Part shown: piece by piece, positions 9,645 through 18,360 of the stretch
How positions within the stretch are numbered: position 1 is the first letter of the stretch
Layout of the letters: every line of letters starts with the position of its first letter
Assembly: GCA_963836075.1 (NCBI GenBank)
Contig: CAWIIB010000009.1
Coordinates: forward strand, 2,848,001 to 2,912,000
From: an uncultured Acidobacteriota bacterium
GTDB taxonomy: Bacteria > Acidobacteriota > JAQAZP01
Direction of reading: 5' to 3'
DNA: 64,000 nt
The notes under the pieces: model-generated
The model's input: the letters and a program-made list of their open reading frames with translations, nothing else
What the model was told of the DNA's origin: nothing
Database searches by the model: none
Program-made: the position numbers and the translations under genes

Positions 9645-9953
9645 CTACAGCCCTTCAATACGGGTCAGGGTGATCACCGGACCTGCGTTGCAAACCGTGA
9701 ACCCCTCTTCAGGGATGACATATTCAAATCTGACCCATAATCCGTTCACCTTGAACCGGTCTTCCAGGTTGGTTGGTTCCAGGTGTCTCATAATGCCCTG
9801 CCCGGCTCCTTCGACGATCACCCAGCAGCCCAGATCACTGTATTCCACCATACCCACCTGGCCCCAGTTGTCATCGTCATTGTCACAGCCCTGTACCGTG
9901 CAGAGAACGAGGCAGATGAGCAATAGCCCGACAATTCGCAGAGTACCACTCAT
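9645..9953 (-). CDS. Small lipoprotein (paralog of 9971-10291)
   Basis: Lipobox VQGC followed by DNDDD; NLEDRFKVNGLWVRFEY; RBS GGAG upstream. Confidence 0.8.
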   Translation of the reverse strand: MSGTLRIVGLLLICLVLCTVQGCDNDDDNWGQVGMVEYSDLGCWVIVEGAGQGIMRHLEPTNLEDRFKVNGLWVRFEYVIPEEGFTVCNAGPVITLTRIEGL

Positions 9954-9970
9954 GGCAAATCTCCTCAGGC

Positions 9971-10291
9971 TTACAACTCCTCGATCCGCGTGAGAATGAT
10001 TCCCTCACCCACCATGCAGGTGGAGGCCCACTCTTCGGGGATGACGAATTCAAACCTGACCCACAGCCCGTCCACCCGGAAACGGTCCTCCAGGTTGGCG
10101 ACTTCATACATTTCGAGTCCATGAGGAAGGTTTTCGTTTTCCACCACGATGGTCCAGCATGTGCCGCCCACATCGGCGAAGTGCACGTACCCCACCCGGC
10201 CCCAGTCGTCATCGTCATTGCTGCAGCCCTGTACAGTGCAGAGGGCGAGGCAGAGGAGCAATAGACCGGCAGTTCGAAGAAATCCACTCAT
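9971..10291 (-). CDS. Small lipoprotein (tandem duplicate)
   Basis: Lipobox VQGC followed by SNDDDD; NLEDRFRVDGLWVRFEF; RBS GGAG upstream. Confidence 0.8.
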   Translation of the reverse strand: MSGFLRTAGLLLLCLALCTVQGCSNDDDDWGRVGYVHFADVGGTCWTIVVENENLPHGLEMYEVANLEDRFRVDGLWVRFEFVIPEEWASTCMVGEGIILTRIEEL

Positions 10292-10352
10292 TGGCCGTCT
10301 CCACTGTTGTCGAGGGTGTTCCTTTTCCGTTTCTTAACGAAATTATACCTTT

Positions 10353-10382
10353 TTGACACCCTCCGCGCTGATCGACTACACT
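10353..10382 (+). promoter_or_regulatory. Candidate sigma70 promoter for the lsrF operon
   Basis: TTGACA-N18-TACACT about 70 bp upstream of the ATG. Confidence 0.5.
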
Positions 10383-10452
10383 TTCCCTTCGAGTTTTTCC
10401 ATGTTGACGTCAATCACCTTGACCATAACAACCGGACAGAGAGGGCAAGATC

Positions 10453-11244
10453 ATGGATTGGGGAATGAAGAACCGTCTGAGCCGTATCCTTCGGCCCGAA
10501 TCGGGCCGCACCGTCATGCTGGCCATCGACCACGGCTATTTCCAGGGGCCCACCAGCGGCCTCGAGCGGCCGGGTGAGACGGTGAAGGATTTGCTGCCCC
10601 ACGCCGACTGCCTGATGATCGCCCGCGGGGCCCTGCGCAACTGCATCTCTCCCGAGTTGCCCCTGCCGGTGGTGATGCGTGCCTCGGGCGGCACCTCCGT
10701 GCTCACCGAACTCTCCAGAGAGGGCCGCTGCGTGGCCATCGACGACGCCATCCGGATGAACGTTTCGGGTCTGGCCCTCTCCATTTTTGTCGGTGCGGAA
10801 GGCGAGCGGCAGACCCTGCTCGACTTTTCCGAGCTGTGTGACGAGGGGGAGCGCTACGGTATCCCCATCCTGGCGGTGACCGCGGTGGGTCGCGACATGG
10901 TCCGCGACGCCCGCTACCTCGGCCTGGCCTCGCGTATCGCCGCCGAACTGGGGGCGCACGTGGTCAAGACCTATTACTGCGAGGGGTTCGAGAAGGTGGT
11001 CAACGGCTGCCCGGTGCCCATCGTCATCGCCGGCGGGAAGAAGATCCCCGAGCGGGACGCCCTGCAGATGGCCTACAACGCGATCAACGACGGGGCCCGC
11101 GGGGTGGACATGGGCCGCAACATCTTCCAGTCCGACTGCCCGGTGGGCATGATCCGTGCGGTGCGCTCCATCGTCCACGACAACAACTCGGTGGATCACG
11201 CGTTCAAACTGTACGAAATGCTCAAGAACGAGGGACAGGATTAG
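10453..11244 (+). CDS. lsrF: LsrF-like 3-hydroxy-5-phosphonooxypentane-2,4-dione thiolase (DhnA-type aldolase family)
   Basis: MDWGMKNRLSRI, MLAIDHGYFQGPT.GLER, ELGAHVVKTYYC, IVIAGGKKIPE, GVDMGRNIFQS. Confidence 0.92.
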   Translation: MDWGMKNRLSRILRPESGRTVMLAIDHGYFQGPTSGLERPGETVKDLLPHADCLMIARGALRNCISPELPLPVVMRASGGTSVLTELSREGRCVAIDDAIRMNVSGLALSIFVGAEGERQTLLDFSELCDEGERYGIPILAVTAVGRDMVRDARYLGLASRIAAELGAHVVKTYYCEGFEKVVNGCPVPIVIAGGKKIPERDALQMAYNAINDGARGVDMGRNIFQSDCPVGMIRAVRSIVHDNNSVDHAFKLYEMLKNEGQD

Positions 11245-11247
11245 CCG

Positions 11248-12282
11248 ATGAAGATGAAGGTCGCCGTCTACCACAACAATCACGACGTGCGCATCGAGGA
11301 GCGCGAGGTGCCGGCCATCGGTCCGGACGAACTGCTGCTGCGCATCGAGTCCAGCGGCCTCTGCGGCAGCGACGTGATGGAGTGGTATCGAGCGGCCAAG
11401 GCCCCGCTGGTGCTGGGCCACGAACTGACCGGCGTGGTGGAGCGGACCGGGGAGGCGGTGACGAAATACAAGGCCGGCGACCGGGTCTACGTCACCCACC
11501 ACGTGCCCTGCAACAGTTGCCGCCACTGCCTGATGGGCCAGCACTCGGTCTGCCCAACTCTGCGCAGCACCAACATCGAGCCGGGCGGTTTCGCCCAGTA
11601 CGCCCGCATCCCGGCGATCAACGTCGACCGCGGAATGGCCCTGCTGCCGGACCATGTCTCGTTCGACGAGGGCTCTTTTGTCGAGCCGCTGGCCTGCGTG
11701 GTGCGCGGACAGCGGCTGGGCGACTTCCGGCCCGGCCTCGATGTGCTGGTGATCGGCGCCGGGCTCTCCGGCCTGCTGCACATCCAGCTGGCCCAGGCCC
11801 GCGGCGCCACCCGGGTGGTGGCGGTGGACGTGGCCCCGGCCCGTCTGGAAGCCGCCGGCCGTTTTGGTGCCGATGCGGTGTTCGAAGCCGGCGAGGAAGA
11901 TCTTCCGGCGAAACTGCGGGAAGTCTTTGGCGGCCACCTTGCCGACCGGGTGGCGGTCTGTGCCGGGGTGCCGTCGGCCTATGCCCAGGCCTGGCGGTGC
12001 GTGGAACCTGGAGGCACGGTGCTGATCTTTGCCCCGCCGCACCCCGAGTCCGAGGTGCCCTTCCCCCTCTGGGACCTTTGGAAGAACAACGTCAGCCTGA
12101 TCCCCACCTATGCCGGGCCGCCGGTGGACACCGAGGAGGCCCTGGCCTGGATCCGTTCGAAAAAGCTCGACCTTGAGGGGATGATCACCCACCGCCTGCC
12201 CATGGACCAGGCCGCCGAAGGCTTCCGCCTGGCCGCCGGGGCCACCGACTGCCTCAAGGTGGTCATCCACCCCCACGCCTGA
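11248..12282 (+). CDS. Zn-dependent medium-chain dehydrogenase (sorbitol/iditol or threonine dehydrogenase-like)
   Basis: CGSD, GHE, structural Zn motif CNSCRHC...C, EPLAC, GAGLSG Rossmann motif. Confidence 0.9.
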   Translation: MKMKVAVYHNNHDVRIEEREVPAIGPDELLLRIESSGLCGSDVMEWYRAAKAPLVLGHELTGVVERTGEAVTKYKAGDRVYVTHHVPCNSCRHCLMGQHSVCPTLRSTNIEPGGFAQYARIPAINVDRGMALLPDHVSFDEGSFVEPLACVVRGQRLGDFRPGLDVLVIGAGLSGLLHIQLAQARGATRVVAVDVAPARLEAAGRFGADAVFEAGEEDLPAKLREVFGGHLADRVAVCAGVPSAYAQAWRCVEPGGTVLIFAPPHPESEVPFPLWDLWKNNVSLIPTYAGPPVDTEEALAWIRSKKLDLEGMITHRLPMDQAAEGFRLAAGATDCLKVVIHPHA

Positions 12283-12426
12283 TCGCCAAATCCGTGATTC
12301 CTGACTTCTCCGCCGTTGATCCGGGGAGTAATCTGCTTTATTCTGAATCGATAAACCTTGTTCCCCATCACAACGTAGAACCATGTATACGTGTTGCCCA
12401 CCAGGTCGAGTCAGGGGAGGAGGATC

Positions 12427-12882
12427 ATGAAGTGTGAAAAATGCGGTGAGAATTTTCCGTCCCGGTTCTATTTCCGGACCGATTCCGTCTGCAGCGGCTG
12501 TTTCGAACAACTGGGCCCTGCCGAGCGGAAAGAGGCGCTCCGCGCCGACACCGCGGTCCATGCCCTGACCACCACGGCTTTCGAGATCGACGGTTACCGG
12601 GTTGTGCGATCCCTGGGGGTTGTGCGCGGTATTGTGGTCCGTTCCCGTTCGCTCTTCGGCACCCTGGGCGCGGGGCTGCAGACCATCGTCGGTGGAAACA
12701 TCACCCTGTTCACTGAACTGTGTGAGAAGACCCGTGCCGACGCCTTCGACATGATGGTGCGCCACGCCGAGCAGGCGGGAGGCAACGGGGTGATCGGCGT
12801 GCGCTACGACGCCACCGAACTGATGAGCAGCGTCTCCGAGGTGCTCTGCTACGGCACCGCCGTCATTATTGAACCGAAGTAA
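12427..12882 (+). CDS. YbjQ-family (UPF0145) protein with N-terminal CxxC...CxxC motif
   Basis: [21 protein letters not shown]...[11 protein letters not shown]...YGTAV; strong RBS GGAGGAGG. Confidence 0.88.
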   Translation: MKCEKCGENFPSRFYFRTDSVCSGCFEQLGPAERKEALRADTAVHALTTTAFEIDGYRVVRSLGVVRGIVVRSRSLFGTLGAGLQTIVGGNITLFTELCEKTRADAFDMMVRHAEQAGGNGVIGVRYDATELMSSVSEVLCYGTAVIIEPK

Positions 12883-12904
12883 ACACATCCTGAGGGAGGG
12901 ACCG

Positions 12905-14620
12905 ATGAAACGTCTGCTGCTTCCGGTGCTGCTTCTCCTCTTTTCGGCCCTGCCGGTCTGGGCGGCGGAGGAGGCGACCCAGCCGTACGAGCTTCTGGAC
13001 ATTATGGAGGACGAGCTGGAGCGCTCGATGAAGAACCTGGGGCAGGCGTCCGACGCCCCTCTCTACTACCTGCAGTATGCGGTAACCGGCTTGCGCAAAC
13101 TGGAGCTGGAGGTGGAGGACGGGGGCCTTTTCGCCCCGCAGCTGGAGCGGCGCCGCTATCTCGACGTGGATCTGCGGGTGGGCAGCATGGAACTGGACAG
13201 CACCCATGAGATCCGCGGGTCGGGCGCCGGCGGCACCGTCTACCGCCGGCGGCGTGCCCCGTTCCCGCTGGAGGACGACCCGGAGGCGGCGCGGGCCGTG
13301 CTCTGGAGAGAGACCGAGACCAAGTATCAACAGGCCCAGGAGCGTTTCACCAGGGTGATCGCCGACAGCCAGGTTATGGTGGAGGAAGAGGACCAGTCCG
13401 ACGACTTCTCGCCGGCCGAGGCGCAGAAATACACCGAGGAACTGGTGGAAACCGCGGTGGACCTGGAACAGTGGCAGGCTCTGCTGAAGAGGGTGGGGAC
13501 CTACCTCGCCGGGGTCCCCTTTGTCCGCACTTCCGGCGCCGGGCTCACCGTGGAGGACATCTCCACCACCATGGCCAACAGCGAGGGCAGCCGGCTGGAA
13601 TTCGGCAACCACTACCACCGTTTCTGGATCCGGATGCTGGGGATGGCTGATGACGGCATGGAGCTGCGTCGCGCTGAATACTATTCGGCCCGCAGCCTCG
13701 ACGGCCTGCCCGGGGAAGAGGCGATCATGGCCGATGCCCGGCGCATGGTGGAGGAACTCGAAGCCCTGATCGACGCTCCGGTGGTGGAACCCTATATCGG
13801 TCCGGCCATTCTTCGGAACCGGGCCAGCGGAGTATTTTTTCACGAGATTTTCGGCCACCGCATCGAGGGGCACCGCCAGAAGAGCGAGCGGGAGGGCCAG
13901 ACCTTCACCAAGAAGGTGGGAGAGCCGATTCTCCCCGAGTTCATCAACATCTACGACGATGCCACCATGGATACCTTCAATGGCCGGGACCTGCGTGGTT
14001 ACTACCGTTTCGACGATGAGGGAACGGCGGCCCAGCGGGTCACCGTGGTGGAGAAGGGCGTGCTGCGCAGCTTCCTCACTACCCGCTCGCCCATCGCCAA
14101 CTTCCCCCGCAGCAACGGTCACGCCCGGCGCCAGTTCGGCAGCGGGGTGGTGGCCCGCCAGGGAAACCTGATCATCAGCTCGGAGAAGAGTGTGCCCTAC
14201 GACCAGCTGCGGCAACTGCTGATCGACGAGTGCAAGCGCCAGGGCAAGCCCTATGGCCTGGTGTTTGACGACATCTCCGGTGGTTTTACCAGTACCCGGC
14301 GGCGGGGCACCCAGTCGTTCAAGGTTCTGCCGCTGCTGGTCCACCGGGTCTATGCCGACGGCCGGCCCGACGAGGTTGTGCGCGGCGTGGACATTGTGGG
14401 TACCCCGCTGACCAGCTTCAGCAAGATCCTGATGGCCGGCGACGACGACGATGTGTTCAACGGCACCTGTGGCGCCGAGTCGGGGTCGGTGCCGGTCTCG
14501 GCCATCTCACCGAGCATCCTGGTGGCCGAGATCGAGGTGGAGAAGCGGAGCAAGGGCCAGGACAAGCCGCCGATCCTGCCGCCGCCGGCCCACGACCCGG
14601 GGAAGGAGGAAAGCCGATGA
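12905..14620 (+). CDS. tldD: TldD-family metallopeptidase with signal peptide
   Basis: FFHEIFGHRIEG zinc motif, FDDEG, SNGHAR, NGTCGAESG.VPVS; signal peptide MKRLLLPVLLLLFSALPVWA. Confidence 0.88.
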   Translation: MKRLLLPVLLLLFSALPVWAAEEATQPYELLDIMEDELERSMKNLGQASDAPLYYLQYAVTGLRKLELEVEDGGLFAPQLERRRYLDVDLRVGSMELDSTHEIRGSGAGGTVYRRRRAPFPLEDDPEAARAVLWRETETKYQQAQERFTRVIADSQVMVEEEDQSDDFSPAEAQKYTEELVETAVDLEQWQALLKRVGTYLAGVPFVRTSGAGLTVEDISTTMANSEGSRLEFGNHYHRFWIRMLGMADDGMELRRAEYYSARSLDGLPGEEAIMADARRMVEELEALIDAPVVEPYIGPAILRNRASGVFFHEIFGHRIEGHRQKSEREGQTFTKKVGEPILPEFINIYDDATMDTFNGRDLRGYYRFDDEGTAAQRVTVVEKGVLRSFLTTRSPIANFPRSNGHARRQFGSGVVARQGNLIISSEKSVPYDQLRQLLIDECKRQGKPYGLVFDDISGGFTSTRRRGTQSFKVLPLLVHRVYADGRPDEVVRGVDIVGTPLTSFSKILMAGDDDDVFNGTCGAESGSVPVSAISPSILVAEIEVEKRSKGQDKPPILPPPAHDPGKEESR

Positions 14621-16368
14621 GAAATGGACTGACCATCTGTGGCGCGCTCCTGCTGCTGGCGGGCCTGGCCTGTCCGCCTCCCACCTTCGCCGGTGACGAT
14701 CCGGTCTTCCGCGCCATGTCCGACGAGCTGGACCGTTCCATGGAGAGGCTGGTGATCGAGGGCATGGACCGGCCCTATTTCATCAGCTACCTGGTGCAGG
14801 ACAACGACGCCGTCAGGATGGAGGCGCGTTACGGTGCACTGCTCAACCGCGAGGAGAGCCGCGAACGCTACCTTTACGTGGATCTGCGGGTGGGGGAGCC
14901 GGCCCTGGACAACTCCGGCTTCATCGGCGGCTGGCGCAGCATGGGCAATGCCCGCTCGCGGATTGCCGCCGAGGACGACTACCAGGCCCTGCGGCACCAG
15001 ATCTGGCTGGCCACCGACAGCAGCTACAAGCTCGCCCTGGAGAATCTGGCCGGCAAGAAGTCCTACCTCCAGGCCCACCCGGTGCGCGAACCCCTCGACG
15101 ACTTCAGTGCGGCCGAACCGCTGGTGGCGCTGGAGGAACCAGTGACCCTGGAGCGGGACCTCTCCGGCTGGGAAGGGCGGGTGGAGCTGGCAGCCAAAAC
15201 CCTGGGTGAGTTCCCCTCGCTCCAGGACTGGAACGTGCGGCTCTACGCGGTGGCCCTCAACAAACGCTTTCTGAACAGCGAGGGCAGCCGGCACGTCAAG
15301 GGGAAGGTGATCACCGAATTCGAGATCAGCGCCACCACCCAGGCCGCCGACGGCCAGCGGCTCACCAATTTTCGGCAATACATGACCACGGGGGCAGACG
15401 AGCTGCCGGCGGGCGACCAGCTGGTGGCGCATGTGCGGCTGATGGCCGTTGAACTGCGGCGGATGGCCGAGGCTGAGCGTCTGGACAGCTACTCCGGCCC
15501 GGTGCTCTTTAGCCTCGATGCGGCGGCACAGTTCATCGCCCAGCTCTTTGCGGTGCAACTCTCGCCGCCGCGCAAGCCGTTGCTGGCCAACGAGTGGATG
15601 GCCCGGTCATTGCCCGAGGCGAAGCTGGCGGGGAAAGTAAACCGCCGTGTCTTCCCCGAGTTCGTCACCATCACCGATGATCCCACCCGGGAGACCTGGC
15701 TGAACGAGTTCCCGCCCGGTCGACGGGAGATCCGGCGCCTGGCCGGTCACCTGGCGGTGGATGACGAGGGTGTGGCCGCTCAGCCGGTGACCCTGGTGGA
15801 AAAGGGCCGGCTCACCGGCCTCCCCATGGGCCGCCAGCCCACCAGGGAGATCAAGCAGTCCAACGGCCATGTCTGGGCTTCGCCCATGCTCTGGCCCATG
15901 CCCACGGTGACCAATCTCATCGTGGAGACCTCTGAGCCGGCAACCGCCATGTGGGATGAGCTGCGGCAACTGGCCAGCGATTTTGGACTGGAGTATGGCC
16001 TGCTGGTCACCAGGCTCGACGACCCGCGTTTTTCCGGGGCATACCGCAGCACCTACATGCCGCCGGGAACCGCCGAGCAACTGCTCGCGCCGCCGGTGCT
16101 GGCCTACAAGGTCTATGTCGAGGGCGGCCGAATGGAGCCGGTGCGCGGCCTGGTCTTCGATGAGGTGTCGGTGCGCACCATGCGCGATGTGGGAATGCTG
16201 GGCGACGATCCACGCCTGACCAACCTGCGTCTTGCTACGCTTTCCAGCATGATCATGATTCCGGCGTCCATCGTCACCCCTTCGATTCTGGTGGAGGAGA
16301 TGGACCTCAAGGAGGACAGTTCTCGGGATACCCTGCCGCTGAGCAGTAATCCGATGTTCGGGGAGTGA
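14617..16368 (+). CDS. TldE/PmbA-like non-catalytic partner with signal peptide
   Basis: Paralogous to the upstream gene (DELDRSM..L, YVDLRVG, NSEGS, VDDEG, SNGH) but lacks HExxxH; ATGA overlap with tldD. Confidence 0.8.
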   Translation: MRNGLTICGALLLLAGLACPPPTFAGDDPVFRAMSDELDRSMERLVIEGMDRPYFISYLVQDNDAVRMEARYGALLNREESRERYLYVDLRVGEPALDNSGFIGGWRSMGNARSRIAAEDDYQALRHQIWLATDSSYKLALENLAGKKSYLQAHPVREPLDDFSAAEPLVALEEPVTLERDLSGWEGRVELAAKTLGEFPSLQDWNVRLYAVALNKRFLNSEGSRHVKGKVITEFEISATTQAADGQRLTNFRQYMTTGADELPAGDQLVAHVRLMAVELRRMAEAERLDSYSGPVLFSLDAAAQFIAQLFAVQLSPPRKPLLANEWMARSLPEAKLAGKVNRRVFPEFVTITDDPTRETWLNEFPPGRREIRRLAGHLAVDDEGVAAQPVTLVEKGRLTGLPMGRQPTREIKQSNGHVWASPMLWPMPTVTNLIVETSEPATAMWDELRQLASDFGLEYGLLVTRLDDPRFSGAYRSTYMPPGTAEQLLAPPVLAYKVYVEGGRMEPVRGLVFDEVSVRTMRDVGMLGDDPRLTNLRLATLSSMIMIPASIVTPSILVEEMDLKEDSSRDTLPLSSNPMFGE

Positions 16369-16372
16369 AGGT

Positions 16373-18244
16373 GTGGGGGTGAAGCCGCTGGTCAGGGGAT
16401 GGATGCTGCGGGCGCTGCTCAAGCGGTTTCTGGCCTGGCGGCGGTTGCCCTGGCTGCTGGCCCTGCTGGCCATGCTGCTCTGTGCCCCGGCCCTGCAGCT
16501 GGGGTGGCAGATCGACGACCACTTCCACCGCGCTGCCATGACCAGGCCCGACCTGGCGTTTCTCGCCCGCTCGCCGGTGGGTCTCTTCGACTTCATCCGA
16601 GGCAGCGAGAACGTCCGCTGGTGGATTGCCGAGGGCTACGTCCCCTGGTTCACCAATCCCGACCTGAGTATCGGTTTCTTTCGACCACTCTCCAGCCTGA
16701 CCCACTGGCTCGACTATCGGGCCTGGCCCGACGATCCGCGGCTGATGCACTTTCAGTCCCTGCTCTGGCTGGGGGCAGCGGTGCTGGCTGCCGGGTGGCT
16801 CTTTCGACGATTGTTCGCCACGGCCTGGGTTGCCGGGCTGGCCACCCTGCTCTTCGCTGTGGAGGACGCCCACGCCATGCCGGCGGTCTGGCTGGCTAAT
16901 CGCAACGCCATGATCGGCCTCTTCTTCGGTCTGCTGGCCCTGCTGGCCCACCACCGCTGGCGCCGTGAGAAGTGGTGGGCCGGGGCGGTGCTGGCCCCGG
17001 CGGCGTTCCTGCTGGCCCTGCTGGCCAACGAGGGCGCCCTGGCCATCGGCGGTTACCTGCTGGCTCACGCCCTGTTCATCGATCAGGGGGCCTGGTGGCG
17101 GCGTCTGGGATCGCTGGTCCCCTGTGGCATCGTCGGGTTGGGCTGGGCCGTGGCCTACAGGGCGCTGGGCTATGGCGTCAGTGGCTCCGGGACATATGTC
17201 GACCCGGCATCCGACCCGCTGATCTTTCTCGGGCAGGCCGCCCGCAATGCGCCGGTCCTGCTTTTCGGCCAGCTTGGCTTCCCGGCCGATCTGGTCTACC
17301 TGATGCCGTCGGATGTGGGCCGGGCGGTCTGGCTGGCCGCCCTGGTGGTTCTGCTGATCGCCGTGGCTTTGCTGCTGCCGCTGCTCCGCCGGGACTGCCT
17401 GTCCCGGTTCTTCTTCACCGGCATGCTGCTGGCCGTCCCCCCGGTCTGCTCCACCACCGCCTCCACCAGGCTGCTCCATTTTGTGGGGATCGGAGGGATC
17501 GGACTGCTGGCGCTCTTCCTTTCCGGTGTGCTGTCAAGGGATCGCTGGGTGCCGCGCGGGCGGTGGTATGGCTATCCGGCCCGTGCGGTGGTGCTGCTGC
17601 TGATCATCGTCCACCTCGGCCTTTCACCCATTGTCCTTTCCCATACCGCCGCGCATGTCAGGCAGGCGGGGAAATTTCTCGGGGCAATGGAAGCGGCAAG
17701 CCTTTCGTTCCTCGGCCCGGAGATTGAACAGCAGGTTCTGGTGACGGTCAACACGCCCACCGTGGCCATCAACACCTATGGCTGGCTGATCCGGGTGCTC
17801 CACGGCGGTTCCTGGCCACTGCGCAGCCCGATCCTCGGCTCCGGAGTTCAGCCGCTGGAGATCCACCGCATTGATGAACGGACGCTGCTGTTCACGGCGG
17901 ATGGAGGGTTTCTTTCACATCTTGGCGCCCCGGTTACCGGTGAGGATGCGCCCCCGTCCGTGGACGTCAGGAACATGTATCGCATGTTCGACCTGATCTA
18001 CCGCGGCGACCAGCCGTTCACCGCGGGCCAGCGCATCGAGCTGGCCGACCTGAAGGTGGTGATCCGCCAGGTGACGTCGGACGGCCGCCCCGAGGCGGTG
18101 GCGTTCCGTTTCCACCGTCCACTGGAAGACCCGCTCTATTGCTGGCTGATGTGGGAGGATCAGGCCTTCATCCCCTTCACTCCGCCCGCGGTGGGGGAGA
18201 GCGTCAAGCTGCCGGCGGTGTCGGTGCCGTTTCCTGCAATTTGA
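16373..18244 (+). CDS. Polytopic membrane protein, probable GT-C-fold glycosyltransferase (TMTC/PMT-like)
   Basis: DD after TM1 (QIDDHF), FFRPLSSLTHWLD, H..PAVWLANRN, multiple TM helices, soluble C-terminal domain. Alternative start at 16403. Confidence 0.6.
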   Translation: MGVKPLVRGWMLRALLKRFLAWRRLPWLLALLAMLLCAPALQLGWQIDDHFHRAAMTRPDLAFLARSPVGLFDFIRGSENVRWWIAEGYVPWFTNPDLSIGFFRPLSSLTHWLDYRAWPDDPRLMHFQSLLWLGAAVLAAGWLFRRLFATAWVAGLATLLFAVEDAHAMPAVWLANRNAMIGLFFGLLALLAHHRWRREKWWAGAVLAPAAFLLALLANEGALAIGGYLLAHALFIDQGAWWRRLGSLVPCGIVGLGWAVAYRALGYGVSGSGTYVDPASDPLIFLGQAARNAPVLLFGQLGFPADLVYLMPSDVGRAVWLAALVVLLIAVALLLPLLRRDCLSRFFFTGMLLAVPPVCSTTASTRLLHFVGIGGIGLLALFLSGVLSRDRWVPRGRWYGYPARAVVLLLIIVHLGLSPIVLSHTAAHVRQAGKFLGAMEAASLSFLGPEIEQQVLVTVNTPTVAINTYGWLIRVLHGGSWPLRSPILGSGVQPLEIHRIDERTLLFTADGGFLSHLGAPVTGEDAPPSVDVRNMYRMFDLIYRGDQPFTAGQRIELADLKVVIRQVTSDGRPEAVAFRFHRPLEDPLYCWLMWEDQAFIPFTPPAVGESVKLPAVSVPFPAI

Positions 18245-18254
18245 TTGTCGTTGC

Positions 18255-18305
18255 GTGCACAATATTGGGGTCACCCATATGGTGCATGACCCCCAAATTG
18301 TGCAC
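18255..18305. repeat. 51-bp imperfect palindrome (REP/MITE-like)
   Basis: GTGCACAATATTGGGGTCA-N13-TGACCCCCAAATTGTGCAC; arms match at 17 of 19 positions. Confidence 0.7.
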
Positions 18306-18306
18306 C

Positions 18307-18334
18307 AAAAAAAGCCCGCCGTTGCCGGCGGGCT
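18307..18334 (-). terminator. Rho-independent terminator of the C25 peptidase gene
   Basis: On the minus strand AGCCCGCCG-GCAA-CGGCGGGCT followed by a T-tract, 26 bp after the stop. Confidence 0.85.
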
Positions 18335-18360
18335 GGTGGTACTTGAAACTGTGGTGCGGC

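Noticed and set aside
10414-13002. Very long antisense ORFs (also 18988-21315, 22926-25085, 28836-31445, 53832-56036)
   Set aside because: These are shadows of real genes caused by GC-rich codon usage; they carry no recognisable motifs.
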